A stretch of DNA of 64,000 nucleotides from Bdellovibrionota bacterium. GTDB lineage: Bacteria > Bdellovibrionota > Bdellovibrionia > Bdellovibrionales > JAMPXM01. The position numbers and the translations under genes are program-made. How positions within the stretch are numbered: position 1 is the stretch's first letter; every line of letters starts with the position of its first letter. Location: assembly GCA_963170185.1 (NCBI GenBank), contig CAUJGS010000106.1:2905-66904 (forward strand), in the 5' to 3' direction. The notes beneath the pieces are model-generated. The model was not told the origin of the DNA and made no database searches. It was given only the letters and a program-made list of their open reading frames with translations. This document shows positions 7,109 through 16,697 of the stretch, piece after piece.

Positions 7109-7789
7109 CTAGGCCACACGTTTCAAACTCGCTCGAGGCGCCAACAGGTTTTTTGTATCCTCGAAGCTCTTTGCATCCTTCTCTGATTCAAGAAAGTCTG
7201 CACCAAACTCTAAGATCGACTCGAGAGCGTCATCTAACCCACCCGTCAGCCCGCCCTCATTAAACGTCCCGCGCAACGTCGCTCGGGACTCTAAGTTTTC
7301 TCGAAACTGCTCTTCAATTTGTGACATCGCTTGATCGCGAAGAACCTGCCGATAAGCCTCACGCCCTCGCCGCATCCGAGCCAGCTCAAAGCGGTCTTGC
7401 AATCGCACAACAGCGGCGAGCACCTGAGGCTCGGTCTGCAAAGACGACGGCTCCAGCGGCTCACGCGATTTCCCGCCATGCTCCCCTGAGAGGTGTTTTG
7501 CATGATCTTCTCGTCGTCGATGATCGGCCTCATGATCCTGAGGCTGGCCAGAATGTTCCGATGTTTGCTCAGACGATTCGTCGGATGAACCTTCCACGCG
7601 ATCCGCCAGCTCCTTGAGAGCCTCTTTGGTGGCCGAATCCAACCCCGCGCGCACACTCTGCGACTCGGCGGGAGAGCGCACGAGGTGAATAGAAGACTCA
7701 CGACCATCGCGTTTAGTTTTCACGCTGGCCTTTTCCACGGAACGTGTTGTTCCGACCGGTGCTTCGAAAGGAGATGCTGAAACCTTCAT
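7109..7789 (-). CDS. acidic, probably disordered hypothetical protein
   Basis: 226-aa ORF lying between meaB and the PilZ gene with 29-nt gaps on each side. It is rich in E/D/S/H. I recognise no family. Confidence 0.45.
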   Translation of the reverse strand: MKVSASPFEAPVGTTRSVEKASVKTKRDGRESSIHLVRSPAESQSVRAGLDSATKEALKELADRVEGSSDESSEQTSEHSGQPQDHEADHRRREDHAKHLSGEHGGKSREPLEPSSLQTEPQVLAAVVRLQDRFELARMRRGREAYRQVLRDQAMSQIEEQFRENLESRATLRGTFNEGGLTGGLDDALESILEFGADFLESEKDAKSFEDTKNLLAPRASLKRVA

Positions 7790-7818
7790 GCACCCCCGAT
7801 TTTAGCCGCAACCAAAAA

Positions 7819-8739
7819 CTATGTTTCAGAAATTCCGCGAAATAGCTTTCCCAGCATTTCAGGTGTCTGAATCTGAGACGCCGCCTGCGAAGCGCGGCGC
7901 TCGGCTTCGATCATCAACATCGCTTTCGCTTCGGCATGAAGACGCTTGGGATCCGAGCGTTTTGGAAACCACTCTGCCTTTTTATCTAGTCGCGACTCTA
8001 GCTCCATAAGGAAGGCTTCGACTCCGTCACCCGTCAGCGCCGAAAGCTTCATCACCTTTGGCGGCTGGTCGCTCATCGCTCGTGGATCCAGCTCGAGCGC
8101 TGCTTCGATTTCTCTGGCGAAAACGTCAGCTCCCGGGCGGTCGGCTTTGTTGACAAGAAAGAGATCCGAAATCTCCATCAAGCCAGCCTTCATGCCTTGA
8201 ATTCCGTCTCCGGACTCCGGCGTGAGAACGACAGACACATGATCCGCAACGTTCATGATCTCCAGTTCTGTTTGCCCGACACCGACCGTTTCCATTAGCA
8301 CGACATCAAAACCCGCGTGATCAAAAGCTCGAACCATCAACCATGCTGAAGCACTTAAGCCTCCCAAGGAACCACGCGAACCGAGCGAGCGAATGAATAC
8401 GCCCTCGTCGAGCACGTGGTCAGAGTAGCGAATGCGGTCGCCTAAAATCGCGCCCTGAGTAAAGGGACTGGACGGATCGACAGCCATCACGGCGACCGTT
8501 TTTCCTCGCTGACGAAATCCGCCGATCATCTGCGAGATCAGCGTTGATTTGCCAGCACCCGGTGGCCCGGTGATTCCAATGCGAAATGCGCTCTTGGCTG
8601 GCGCGAGCAACTCTTGCGAGTTCCCGACAATCGGAGGCCCCTCTCTCTCCAAGTGTGACAAGAGTTTTGCCAAAGCGATGCGATCGCCCTTAGCAGTCGC
8701 TTGAATCACTTCGGAGATCGGTCGCGTCGGATGTCTCAT
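7819..8739 (-). CDS. meaB: MeaB/ArgK-type G3E GTPase (methylmalonyl-CoA mutase-associated)
   Basis: Walker A GITGPPGAGKSTLI, METVGVGQ, and NKAD (LVNKADRPG) are present. Overall length and layout are typical of MeaB/ArgK. Confidence 0.85.
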   Translation of the reverse strand: MRHPTRPISEVIQATAKGDRIALAKLLSHLEREGPPIVGNSQELLAPAKSAFRIGITGPPGAGKSTLISQMIGGFRQRGKTVAVMAVDPSSPFTQGAILGDRIRYSDHVLDEGVFIRSLGSRGSLGGLSASAWLMVRAFDHAGFDVVLMETVGVGQTELEIMNVADHVSVVLTPESGDGIQGMKAGLMEISDLFLVNKADRPGADVFAREIEAALELDPRAMSDQPPKVMKLSALTGDGVEAFLMELESRLDKKAEWFPKRSDPKRLHAEAKAMLMIEAERRASQAASQIQTPEMLGKLFRGISET

Positions 8740-9010
8740 ACGGTCTCTCTCATGTGGTCAGAAAAACCCCTCGCCTCGAGAATGTCCAGCCGGAATGTCC
8801 AAACGGATTGTCCAACCCATGCGAGACGCCTGCGCTTAGACGCCAAATGGCGGCTCTGTCGAAAGGTTTTTCACTCCTGTGAGTTCTACAGGCGACGTCG
8901 GCCCTTGGCGAAGTATCAGTTTTTATCAGTTATTACAGCATCTTAAGAGATGCCCTCTCGCTCTTTATTTCGCCGCACATAAAGGGTGCCGTTCTTGCGA
9001 TGTCATCTAA

Positions 9011-10231
9011 TTGGAGGACTTTATGAACAACCGTCAGCGCACGATTTCGATCGCCCTGGCCACCCTGGTACTCCTCGGGGGAATGATCGAAGTCATGAAA
9101 TCATCTCGAAGCGCGACTTCTACCGAAGCCGTTCGAAAATCCGGAATATTCGGCATGAGTTTCGATGACGAAAGTTCGCCAGAGCTATCGGCTCGCCCCG
9201 CTCGTGAAGCTGCGGATCGCGCACGTTCACGCCTCAGTGGACGCTTCAATGGCACCTTGGGTGGCGCATTGGGCGGCAAGAAAAATCGCCTCGGTGGAAA
9301 TACCAATGCGGCAAACTCGGCGGACGGCCCCGCTCCGGCGGCGACACCGGCCGCTAATGGCGACGCCGCGACACTAGGAGATCCAAAGAAAATCAACACG
9401 GCGGACGCCGCGAAGAAAAAAGCCGAAGACGACAAAAAGAAGAAGAAAAAGAAAAAGAAGAAAAAGAAATCCGAAGTCGCAAAAGGTCCTGGGGTTGAAG
9501 TCTCGGTGACCGAGCGTGACGAAGATGAGGACGAATCAGATATCGAACCGCTCGGCGGCGGAGCGATGAATGTTCGCTCGGCAATCGCGGCCAACGAAGC
9601 TGCGGCAGCCAAAGAAGCAGAAGCACAAGAAGGCGAAATGAACTCGCTTGAAGAGTGGATCGCCTTCATCATGCCGCAACCTAGCTACGAACGCACAATG
9701 AAGATGCTGCAGGAGCTTCAGGCAAAACGGCTTGAGCCTGGCATCTTCCACGATGTCGTAACGGAAATGCTCGCGGACCCTCGTCCAAAAATGCAGGAGC
9801 TTGCAGTCGTGGCTCTCGGTTCGTATCCGAGCCTCCGCAGCTATCTTCTGCTTCAGGCGGCAAACTTACGTTTTTCCGAAAGCTCTTCGCTAAAAGTGCA
9901 GTCGCGAAACTTTCTGAAAGCGTACTCCCGCGTGGAAAATCTCCGCTATCTTTCTAGCGTGATCAGCGCGCGCGTTGAAAACGACGTGGTATTCGAGGCA
10001 CTGCGCCTGATCCACTCTTCAGCAAACTTTTACTCAGGCCAGGCGAACACCAGCTCAGGCACAGGGTCGGGCGCATCGCCGCAACCGGCCGCGACTCCCG
10101 CGAGCGTTGTTCGTCAGTTCCACCCTTTAGTTCCTGTGCTTAATCGCCTTGCGCAAACCTCAACGGATGAGTCGATTCGACAAGAAGCCTCGACCACGCT
10201 CCGTCAGGTTCAAGTCATCACAGGTTCCTAA
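9011..10231 (+). CDS. hypothetical protein with a 12-residue poly-Lys tract and a helical-repeat C-terminal half
   Basis: GGAGG lies 6 nt upstream of the ATG. There is an N-terminal TM/signal segment, then a low-complexity A/G/K region that includes DDKKKKKKKKKKKKSEV. The C-terminal part looks HEAT-like (..MQELAVVALGSYPS..). Confidence 0.6.
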   Translation: MEDFMNNRQRTISIALATLVLLGGMIEVMKSSRSATSTEAVRKSGIFGMSFDDESSPELSARPAREAADRARSRLSGRFNGTLGGALGGKKNRLGGNTNAANSADGPAPAATPAANGDAATLGDPKKINTADAAKKKAEDDKKKKKKKKKKKKSEVAKGPGVEVSVTERDEDEDESDIEPLGGGAMNVRSAIAANEAAAAKEAEAQEGEMNSLEEWIAFIMPQPSYERTMKMLQELQAKRLEPGIFHDVVTEMLADPRPKMQELAVVALGSYPSLRSYLLLQAANLRFSESSSLKVQSRNFLKAYSRVENLRYLSSVISARVENDVVFEALRLIHSSANFYSGQANTSSGTGSGASPQPAATPASVVRQFHPLVPVLNRLAQTSTDESIRQEASTTLRQVQVITGS

Positions 10232-10283
10232 CGCAATCGAATATTAGTCGACAAATTTCCCTCCCTCAAAGCAGAGTGGAGGG

Positions 10284-11024
10284 ATGATTTTCCTTGTGCG
10301 CATCCTCCTAGGCTGGCTCATGCTCGCTTCGTTTTCGCAGGCGCACGCCTCGCTGAAACTCCCTAGCGGCCTAAACTCGACCGATCGACAAGAAGCTTTA
10401 AAGATTGTTGGCTTCGGTACCGCCGCAAAAATTCTGTCTGACCCTTACGCCCTAGGCGGCTACAGTGGCCTTGAGTTCGGACTCTCGCTAGAATCCATCC
10501 CGACGGAAGATCTCGCGCGCTTGGGAAACCGCCTCGCCGTTCCCCAGTCCGACGCGACGATCCCAAAATTCACCATCGGCAAAGGCCTTTATTCGGGGCT
10601 CGATTTTTTCATTCATTTTATTCCCTACAATCAACAAAACCAGCTCTCGCAATTTGGCGGCGTCGTGCGCTGGAGTTTCTTTGAAGCCTCCTCGCTGCCA
10701 CTTTCAACCAGCCTCGTTGTACACATGAACACTGGCGACATTTCCAACCAAATGGTCACACGCACCTACGGCGTCGACCTCATGGGCGGCATCAACGTCA
10801 ACGAAGTCGCCCTCTACGCTGGGATTGGCGTCATGCAATCGTTCGGTTCGTTCGTCGGCGGAACCCTAGGCGTAACCGACTCGTCCTTGCTGGAAAAGGA
10901 AACCGTCAGCACCTTGCACACGGTCGCGGGAGGAACCATCCGCATGAACTCGTTCTTCGTGGCTCTACAGCTCGATCGCTACACACAAAGCGTCCTAAGC
11001 GGGAAAATCGGCCTCCGCTTTTGA
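10284..11024 (+). CDS. putative outer-membrane beta-barrel protein
   Basis: It has the signal peptide ..LMLASFSQAHA, an alternating hydrophobic pattern, and the C-terminal sequence GKIGLRF ending in Phe, which is typical of an OMP beta-signal. The start is uncertain because GGAGGG abuts the ATG. Confidence 0.45.
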   Translation: MIFLVRILLGWLMLASFSQAHASLKLPSGLNSTDRQEALKIVGFGTAAKILSDPYALGGYSGLEFGLSLESIPTEDLARLGNRLAVPQSDATIPKFTIGKGLYSGLDFFIHFIPYNQQNQLSQFGGVVRWSFFEASSLPLSTSLVVHMNTGDISNQMVTRTYGVDLMGGINVNEVALYAGIGVMQSFGSFVGGTLGVTDSSLLEKETVSTLHTVAGGTIRMNSFFVALQLDRYTQSVLSGKIGLRF

Positions 11025-11092
11025 AGGTACTGTCTTGTTTTTTGAAATTTGCAGCGCAACAAACAAAGCGCACCAAACAAAAGGAGTACGAA

Positions 11093-11554
11093 ATGAAAGC
11101 AACAAACTCGATTTATCCGTCACGCACCGTGGCCGCTCTAGCTTTGACTCTTGCCTGCATGGGAACAGCAGCCTGCACGAAGAAAGCGCCACCAGACGCA
11201 CCCGCGGCAACGGGCGCAACGGAACCGCAAGTGTCTTTCCTTGAACCGGCGGACGGCGCTACGGTTGGACAGAAGTTTAAAGTCCGCATGAAAGTCGAAG
11301 GTTTTGAAATCGGCCCACTTGGCGACCTGACACAAGGCAAAGGCCACCACCACATTGTCGTCAACGGCACTTGGATCAAAGATGGCGAAGTTGTTCCGAC
11401 CGATGAGAAACACATCCACTTTGGAAAAGGTCAGACCGAAACCGAACTCGAACTGAAGCCGGGCAAATACAGCCTCACACTTCAGTTCGCCGACGGAGCT
11501 CATCGCTCGTACGGCGAAAAGCTGTCACAAACTATCAACGTCACCGTTCAGTAG
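11093..11554 (+). CDS. DUF4399-like lipoprotein
   Basis: AAGGAG lies 7 nt upstream of the ATG. A lipobox-like LTLACMGTAAC is present. DGATV..KVRMKVEGFEI..GKGHHHIVVNG...HFGKGQTETELELKPGKYSLTLQFADG matches my memory of the DUF4399 pattern. Confidence 0.6.
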   Translation: MKATNSIYPSRTVAALALTLACMGTAACTKKAPPDAPAATGATEPQVSFLEPADGATVGQKFKVRMKVEGFEIGPLGDLTQGKGHHHIVVNGTWIKDGEVVPTDEKHIHFGKGQTETELELKPGKYSLTLQFADGAHRSYGEKLSQTINVTVQ

Positions 11555-11571
11555 ACGGTTTAATAGGCGAG

Positions 11572-12042
11572 TTACGATTTAATTTTTTCGATGATCGACG
11601 ATGTCGAACGGCCCGGTTGGAACGAAAGCGAACGTACAGTTCCGCCGCGGCCCAAGACAAACGGAGCACCGACGATCTTCTCGGGTGCCCAATCTCCGCC
11701 CTTCACCAAGACGTCTGGTTTCACGGCTTCGATCAGCTCCTGCGGAGTCTCTTCTCCGAACAAAGTCACAAAGTCCACGCAACCAAGGGCCGCCATGATT
11801 TCAGCGCGATCAAGCTCGTGCTGAACAGGTCGCGACGGACCTTTGAGCTTGCTTACGCTAGCGTCCGTATTGAGACCCACTACGAGCAGATCCCCGAGGC
11901 TCTTGGCTTCTTGCAAATAGCGGATATGCCCCACGTGCAGAAGATCAAAGCAACCGTTGGTGAAAACGACCTTTTTACCTTGGCGAGCGCTTTCAAGCGC
12001 CTTCGCCAAAGTTTTGTGATCAAGCTGGATTTTCTGCTGCAT
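11572..12042 (-). CDS. hldC: D-glycero-beta-D-manno-heptose 1-phosphate adenylyltransferase (stand-alone RfaE domain II)
   Basis: It carries the cytidylyltransferase motif [19 protein letters not shown], followed by [11 protein letters not shown]. The start is taken at MQQKIQ, and the longer ORF to 12084 would overlap the upstream gene more. Confidence 0.8.
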   Translation of the reverse strand: MQQKIQLDHKTLAKALESARQGKKVVFTNGCFDLLHVGHIRYLQEAKSLGDLLVVGLNTDASVSKLKGPSRPVQHELDRAEIMAALGCVDFVTLFGEETPQELIEAVKPDVLVKGGDWAPEKIVGAPFVLGRGGTVRSLSFQPGRSTSSIIEKIKS

Positions 12043-13270
12043 GACCCACGTGCGCGACCTGAGTCGCTTCCGCCGTACCTTCAACCGACATAAGTTCTAG
12101 GCCCGTGAGGTACTTAAGAACATCGCGTCCCGCGATCAAGGAAATCAAAGGCATCAGGACAAACCCAGTCGCAGCAACCAAAGCCCCGCGCCAGAGAATC
12201 TGAATCGGATAAAACCAACGCTTACGCGCCTGAGCATTGCCGACGCGAACCTCGTACGACCATTCGCCAAGCGTGGCACCAACCCACGTCCGCGCCGCCA
12301 AAACATAGAGCAGCGCCATACCGATAAAGAACATCGCCAGCGAAACCATGATGGCTTCGTCTGTGTGAGTGTTTTCGAGAAGCGCCAGGAGGTTTGCACC
12401 CGTAATTGATAGCGCCACCGCCAAGAACAAACACGCCATCCCGATTGCAACCAGGGTATCAAGAACAGCCGAACCAAAGTGAGCGGCGATGGCATGTTCA
12501 CCAGTCGCAGTCTCGACCTCGAGCGCCTTGGCTGTCTGCGTGCTCGTGCCGACAGTCGTCGCCTGAGCTGTTCCCTTAAGAGTCGCGGCCGCTGGCTGCC
12601 CAGCGAGGCTTCCAAGATGTGGGAACACCGTTGGGAAAGCTTTAGCAACGTTCTCATCAAGCGCAGGCGCCGGAGCACCTGCCTTTGTTTTTAATCCGTA
12701 GTCATTGCGGCCAAGCGGAAGGTTTAAGAAGCCTTTTTTCTTTTCCGGAGCCGACGTCGTCGGTGCGGCTGTCGCAGCCAACGAGGCCGCAGCGGGAGCC
12801 CCCGGCTTTGCAAGTTCGTCGCTAGGCGGACCAAATAGCGGCGCGCGCTTGCGACCATTCGCCGCTCCAGCCGCCGACGTGGCTGCCTGAGCGTTTGCGG
12901 CAGGAGCCGCGCCCACTGCACCATTCGAAGTTTCGTCGAGAAGGAGATCTAGTGAAGGCGGAAGCGCCGCGATCAGATCCGAAACGCTCTTCGTGTTGTG
13001 CTTGGCTCGGCCCGATGTCGCTCCGGAAGTCGTTCCGCCCGTGAGACCAAACGATGGAACCGATGCACTTTCGCCGCCTGTAGGTGCCGCCGAACTGAGA
13101 AGACCTTTTGATTGCTCACGAGATGTGACGTCGAGCGTGCCCGCGCCAATCGCCGAAAAGGAGAAAGAATCCTCCGACTCGTTTTCCGACTCGAGCGGTT
13201 TTACTTTTCGATGAAAGCCAAGGCCTTCATTGAGTGGCTTAAAGTCAAAATCGCCAATTTCAGATTCCAT
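12020..13270 (-). CDS. RDD-family-like membrane protein with a long low-complexity N-terminal region
   Basis: GAGGG lies 5 nt upstream of the ATG. The C-terminal ~150 aa contain 3 TM segments and [17 protein letters not shown], which resembles the RDD-domain core. The N-terminal region is A/G/T/S-rich. Confidence 0.5.
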   Translation of the reverse strand: MESEIGDFDFKPLNEGLGFHRKVKPLESENESEDSFSFSAIGAGTLDVTSREQSKGLLSSAAPTGGESASVPSFGLTGGTTSGATSGRAKHNTKSVSDLIAALPPSLDLLLDETSNGAVGAAPAANAQAATSAAGAANGRKRAPLFGPPSDELAKPGAPAAASLAATAAPTTSAPEKKKGFLNLPLGRNDYGLKTKAGAPAPALDENVAKAFPTVFPHLGSLAGQPAAATLKGTAQATTVGTSTQTAKALEVETATGEHAIAAHFGSAVLDTLVAIGMACLFLAVALSITGANLLALLENTHTDEAIMVSLAMFFIGMALLYVLAARTWVGATLGEWSYEVRVGNAQARKRWFYPIQILWRGALVAATGFVLMPLISLIAGRDVLKYLTGLELMSVEGTAEATQVAHVGHAAENPA

Positions 13271-13306
13271 TCTGCCCTCACTAGCAATCTGTGACGGCTG
13301 AAACCG

Positions 13307-14101
13307 TCAACGCATCAAGTCCAGCTCGTACTTTAGGACGCTGACTAGGGCCACGCAAGCCGTTTCAACTCGTAAAACCTGCCGCCCCAACGTGACCGCG
13401 GGAAACCCGAGCGTCGCGAAGTTCTGAACTTCCTCTCGCGAAAAACCGCCCTCGCCTCCAATAAAAGCCCAAACCAGCTTCTTTGGTTCCTCTGACGAGC
13501 TCGAGGCCGAGTTTCGCGCACCTTGCCGTAACGCCTCTTTGATCGGCAGATTGCCGACCTCATAGGCAAAGAGACCCGAAACAGCGGCCCCACGGTTAAT
13601 TTCTGAACTGAGATCGCCAACGAATTCCGACAGCTTTTTAGCCGGCATCAACCGCATCTTTTCACCGCGCCCGCACTGCTGAGTCGCACTCTGGATGATC
13701 TTTTGAAAGCGCGCCTCTTTGCCGCGCCAGGCTTCCGAATCGGTCTTTAAAAACGAATTGTCGCTAAAGAGCGGTTGAATCTCCTCAACCCCCATCTCCA
13801 CCATCTTCTCTAGCACCGCCTCGAACACATTGAAGCGCGGTATTGCCAGAGCCAGACGCACTCGAGGAAACGGAAGCGGTTCGATTTCACGGACCTCCCG
13901 AATACAGCCCTGCATCTCACGCTTCGTGCTTGATACGACCTCAACCAAAAACGCGTGGCCATCGTCGAGAACCTCAAACCGATCTCCCACATCCTGCCGA
14001 CAGACATCGCGAATATGGTGAAGCGTATCGCCCGTCAAACGAACGAGGCCGCCAACTTCGCGACTGTCAAAATCTTCGCTCTCCACCCAGTATCGACGCA
14101 T
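13307..14101 (-). CDS. rsmE: 16S rRNA (uracil1498-N3)-methyltransferase
   Basis: It begins MRRYWVE.. and has the C-terminal IGGEGGFSREEV motif with a SPOUT-like layout. The start at 14101 avoids overlap with prmA, whose stop is at 14109. Confidence 0.8.
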   Translation of the reverse strand: MRRYWVESEDFDSREVGGLVRLTGDTLHHIRDVCRQDVGDRFEVLDDGHAFLVEVVSSTKREMQGCIREVREIEPLPFPRVRLALAIPRFNVFEAVLEKMVEMGVEEIQPLFSDNSFLKTDSEAWRGKEARFQKIIQSATQQCGRGEKMRLMPAKKLSEFVGDLSSEINRGAAVSGLFAYEVGNLPIKEALRQGARNSASSSSEEPKKLVWAFIGGEGGFSREEVQNFATLGFPAVTLGRQVLRVETACVALVSVLKYELDLMR

Positions 14102-14108
14102 ACGCAGC

Positions 14109-15056
14109 TCAAGCCTTCCGCCAAATTGAGGCACACCATTCGCCCTCGCGTACGCGGCGCTGCTCCTCAAGCCCGGTGAGCTTCGCGAATTCGCGGTGAA
14201 ACTGATCTTCGCGATCCGTAAGAATGCCGGAGAGAATCATCGTGCCGCCAGGTTTCACCGTGGTCGCCAAGTCTTGCGCCAACACCAACAACACCCCGTC
14301 GATGATGTTCGCAATCGTAAGATCAAATGCTTCGCCTTTGGCATTGCACTCGCGAGCGACTTCCGCCAAATCGCGGTCGTCGATCACGGTCCCGGTCGAG
14401 CCATTGAGCTCAAGATTTTCGCGGGCCGTCCTGCGCGCCTCGGGATCGATGTCGAGACCCATTGCGTGGGCTGCTCCCATTCGTTCGGTGATGAGCGCAA
14501 GAATCCCAGTTCCAGTCCCGACATCTAGCACACGCACGTTTTTTGAACTCCCTGTGCTGTTCATCCAAGGAACTATCAGCCCTGCGGCCAGCCTCGTCGT
14601 CTCATGGGTTCCAGTGCCAAACGCCATCCCTGGATCCATCAAAAGAACGTGAGACGCCGCCACGCCAGGAGGAACTTCGCACCACTTCGGCACGACCCAA
14701 AAGGGTTCGGCAAAACGAAACGGAACGAATCCCTTCTTCCACTCTTCCAGCCAATCGCGATGCTCTTCCAATGTCATCGAGAACAGGACGCGTGCCTCGA
14801 CTCCCCGAAGCAAACCCTCCAACTCAAGACGTTTGGTTTCCGAGAGCGGTTCCGTGAAATAGGCTTTCAACGTTACATCCGTGGTTTCCACGACCTCAGG
14901 ATCGTAGCGCAGGTCTTTTTGAACGAATGGTAGATCTTCGGACACACCTTCCGCTCCGTACTCAAAAAGTAGAGCCGTAACTTCATCCTCAAATGAGCGC
15001 GAGAGATTTTTTACCAAACCTATAGCAAATGTCTTCGAATTTAAGGGTGTTCTCAT
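14109..15056 (-). CDS. prmA: ribosomal protein L11 methyltransferase
   Basis: It has FRFAEPFWVVPKW.., FGTGTHETT, and the SAM motif VLDVGTGTGILA. It is 315 aa long. Confidence 0.85.
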   Translation of the reverse strand: MRTPLNSKTFAIGLVKNLSRSFEDEVTALLFEYGAEGVSEDLPFVQKDLRYDPEVVETTDVTLKAYFTEPLSETKRLELEGLLRGVEARVLFSMTLEEHRDWLEEWKKGFVPFRFAEPFWVVPKWCEVPPGVAASHVLLMDPGMAFGTGTHETTRLAAGLIVPWMNSTGSSKNVRVLDVGTGTGILALITERMGAAHAMGLDIDPEARRTARENLELNGSTGTVIDDRDLAEVARECNAKGEAFDLTIANIIDGVLLVLAQDLATTVKPGGTMILSGILTDREDQFHREFAKLTGLEEQRRVREGEWCASIWRKA

Positions 15057-15231
15057 CTCGTCGGCAGTTCCTCATGATTCTCCGCCAAAGTAAACTGTCA
15101 AGTTGGTCCGCTAGCCAATTTGCTCGCGAAAGCACGTCGCCGAGAATGTGTTTAGGCGCGGCGACATCCAAAGACGGCCGCTTGGAAAATCGACTTGTCA
15201 CGCAACTTGAGCCAAGCCGATACTTCTGTAG

Positions 15232-16662
15232 ATGAGCCAGCATTTCTCTTTGACAGACTTTTCGTCGCTCGGCTTTGCAGTCTTCGCGATTTTCACGCTC
15301 TTTCTCTACTGGATTCTTCCGTCGCGGCATCGCAGGAGTTTACTTCTGCTTTGCAGCTATATTTTTTATGCCAGCCACGAGCCCCGTTACATACTTCTTC
15401 TCCTGGGCTCAACGCTTTTCAATTTCCTTGTAGCAATCCAGATTGAAGAAAATCTCTCACGCAAACTGGGCGTCCGCTGGCTTGTTAGCCTTTGTTGGCT
15501 AGGCAATATAGGAATCCTGTTTGGCTTCAAATACCTGGGGTTGTTTGCATCTCTATTCGTTGACTATGATGTTCGCCAAATCCTCTTACCACTGGGAGTT
15601 TCGTTCTTCACCCTCCAATGCATCGGATACGTTCTCGATGTCTCACGGCGACAGACCGTCGCGGAAAGAGACTTTTCGAAGTTTGCGCTGTTTGTGAGTT
15701 TTTTTCCGCAGATCATCGCAGGTCCAATCGGACGGGCAGCCGATCTTATACCGCAGCTTCATGGTATTTCACACCCGGCCAACAAGTTCTCGGACGTCGA
15801 AATTCGCAAAGCATTTTACCTCTTCTCTTATGGGTACTTCAAAAAATTCGTTGTTGCCGACAACATCGCGCACGTGCTTTCACACTTCGAGGTGAATCCG
15901 CAAACTTCACTCGTTATCAAGCACCTCACCCTGATCTACTTCTTGATACGAATTTATTGCGACTTTTCGGGCTACAGCGACATGGCACGGGGTCTCGCGC
16001 TTCTCTTCGGTGTTCGACTCGCAGTGAACTTCAATCTCCCGCTGTTTGCACAATCACCCAGCGATTTCTGGGAGCGCTGGCACATCTCGCTCGGAGCTTG
16101 GATCCGAAGATATTTTTACCTGCCGCTTTTGCTGAAGGTGCAAAATCCCTATCTTTCGGTCTTCATTGTGTTTCCGATTATGGGCCTATGGCACGGAGCC
16201 AATCTAAACTACCTCTTGTGGGGCCTAGCCTGGGCTGCCTTGATTTGCGGCTTCAAGATTCTGAACCCGGCGGAAGGAGCGCGCAAACGAAAACCTTCGT
16301 CTCTGGTGTCGGCGGCTAAGGCCTTTGGTGTATTCAACTGCGCCGCGCTTTTGATGGTGTTTTACAAGGCCGAGAACCTAGAACAACTGAAGTCTTATTT
16401 TGACCTGAGCTTCATTCTCGCTCAGTCCAATTCGCTTGGTGAGGATTGGCATCTTCTCAATGTCGTTGCACCACCCGTATTATTCGTATTGGCATTCGAA
16501 TTTCTACTGTTTCGCCGGACTTCCGAAGCAAATGAAGACTTGTACACAAGTCTCGCGGAAAAAAATTGGCGATATCAGGCTCTGTTCTATCTGCTGTTGA
16601 TCGTGATGGCGCTTCTTTATTCAAGCCCTTCAAAGCAGCCTGTCTTTTATATGCAATATTGA
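15232..16662 (+). CDS. MBOAT-family membrane O-acyltransferase (DltB/AlgI-like)
   Basis: It is multi-TM. It carries FWERWHISLGAWIRRYFYLPL and the catalytic-His motif GLWHGANLNYLLWG, both typical of MBOAT. Confidence 0.85.
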   Translation: MSQHFSLTDFSSLGFAVFAIFTLFLYWILPSRHRRSLLLLCSYIFYASHEPRYILLLLGSTLFNFLVAIQIEENLSRKLGVRWLVSLCWLGNIGILFGFKYLGLFASLFVDYDVRQILLPLGVSFFTLQCIGYVLDVSRRQTVAERDFSKFALFVSFFPQIIAGPIGRAADLIPQLHGISHPANKFSDVEIRKAFYLFSYGYFKKFVVADNIAHVLSHFEVNPQTSLVIKHLTLIYFLIRIYCDFSGYSDMARGLALLFGVRLAVNFNLPLFAQSPSDFWERWHISLGAWIRRYFYLPLLLKVQNPYLSVFIVFPIMGLWHGANLNYLLWGLAWAALICGFKILNPAEGARKRKPSSLVSAAKAFGVFNCAALLMVFYKAENLEQLKSYFDLSFILAQSNSLGEDWHLLNVVAPPVLFVLAFEFLLFRRTSEANEDLYTSLAEKNWRYQALFYLLLIVMALLYSSPSKQPVFYMQY

Positions 16663-16697
16663 CTTTGTAAGCCTAGGGTCCTTCACTATTCTTAACC

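Noticed and set aside
7819-8739. MeaB without an adjacent methylmalonyl-CoA mutase, considered as a sign of a novel G3E-chaperone partnership with the downstream acidic protein and PilZ.
   Set aside because: Orphan MeaB/ArgK genes are common, and the mutase may be encoded elsewhere. Nothing in the sequence links it functionally to its neighbours beyond co-orientation.
9412-9472. The purine-rich repetitive tract, considered as a CRISPR, microsatellite or other non-coding repeat.
   Set aside because: It is in frame within a long ORF and encodes poly-Lys. There is no repeat-spacer periodicity. No CRISPR-like array exists anywhere in the window.
15180-15231. A leaderless or sigma-28-type start for the MBOAT gene. 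TTGTCA-N18-GATACT lies 7 nt before the ATG, and GCCGATAC overlaps it.
   Set aside because: The spacing and -10 quality are marginal, and the GCCGATAC has no TAAA -35 element. The call cannot be supported without TSS mapping.
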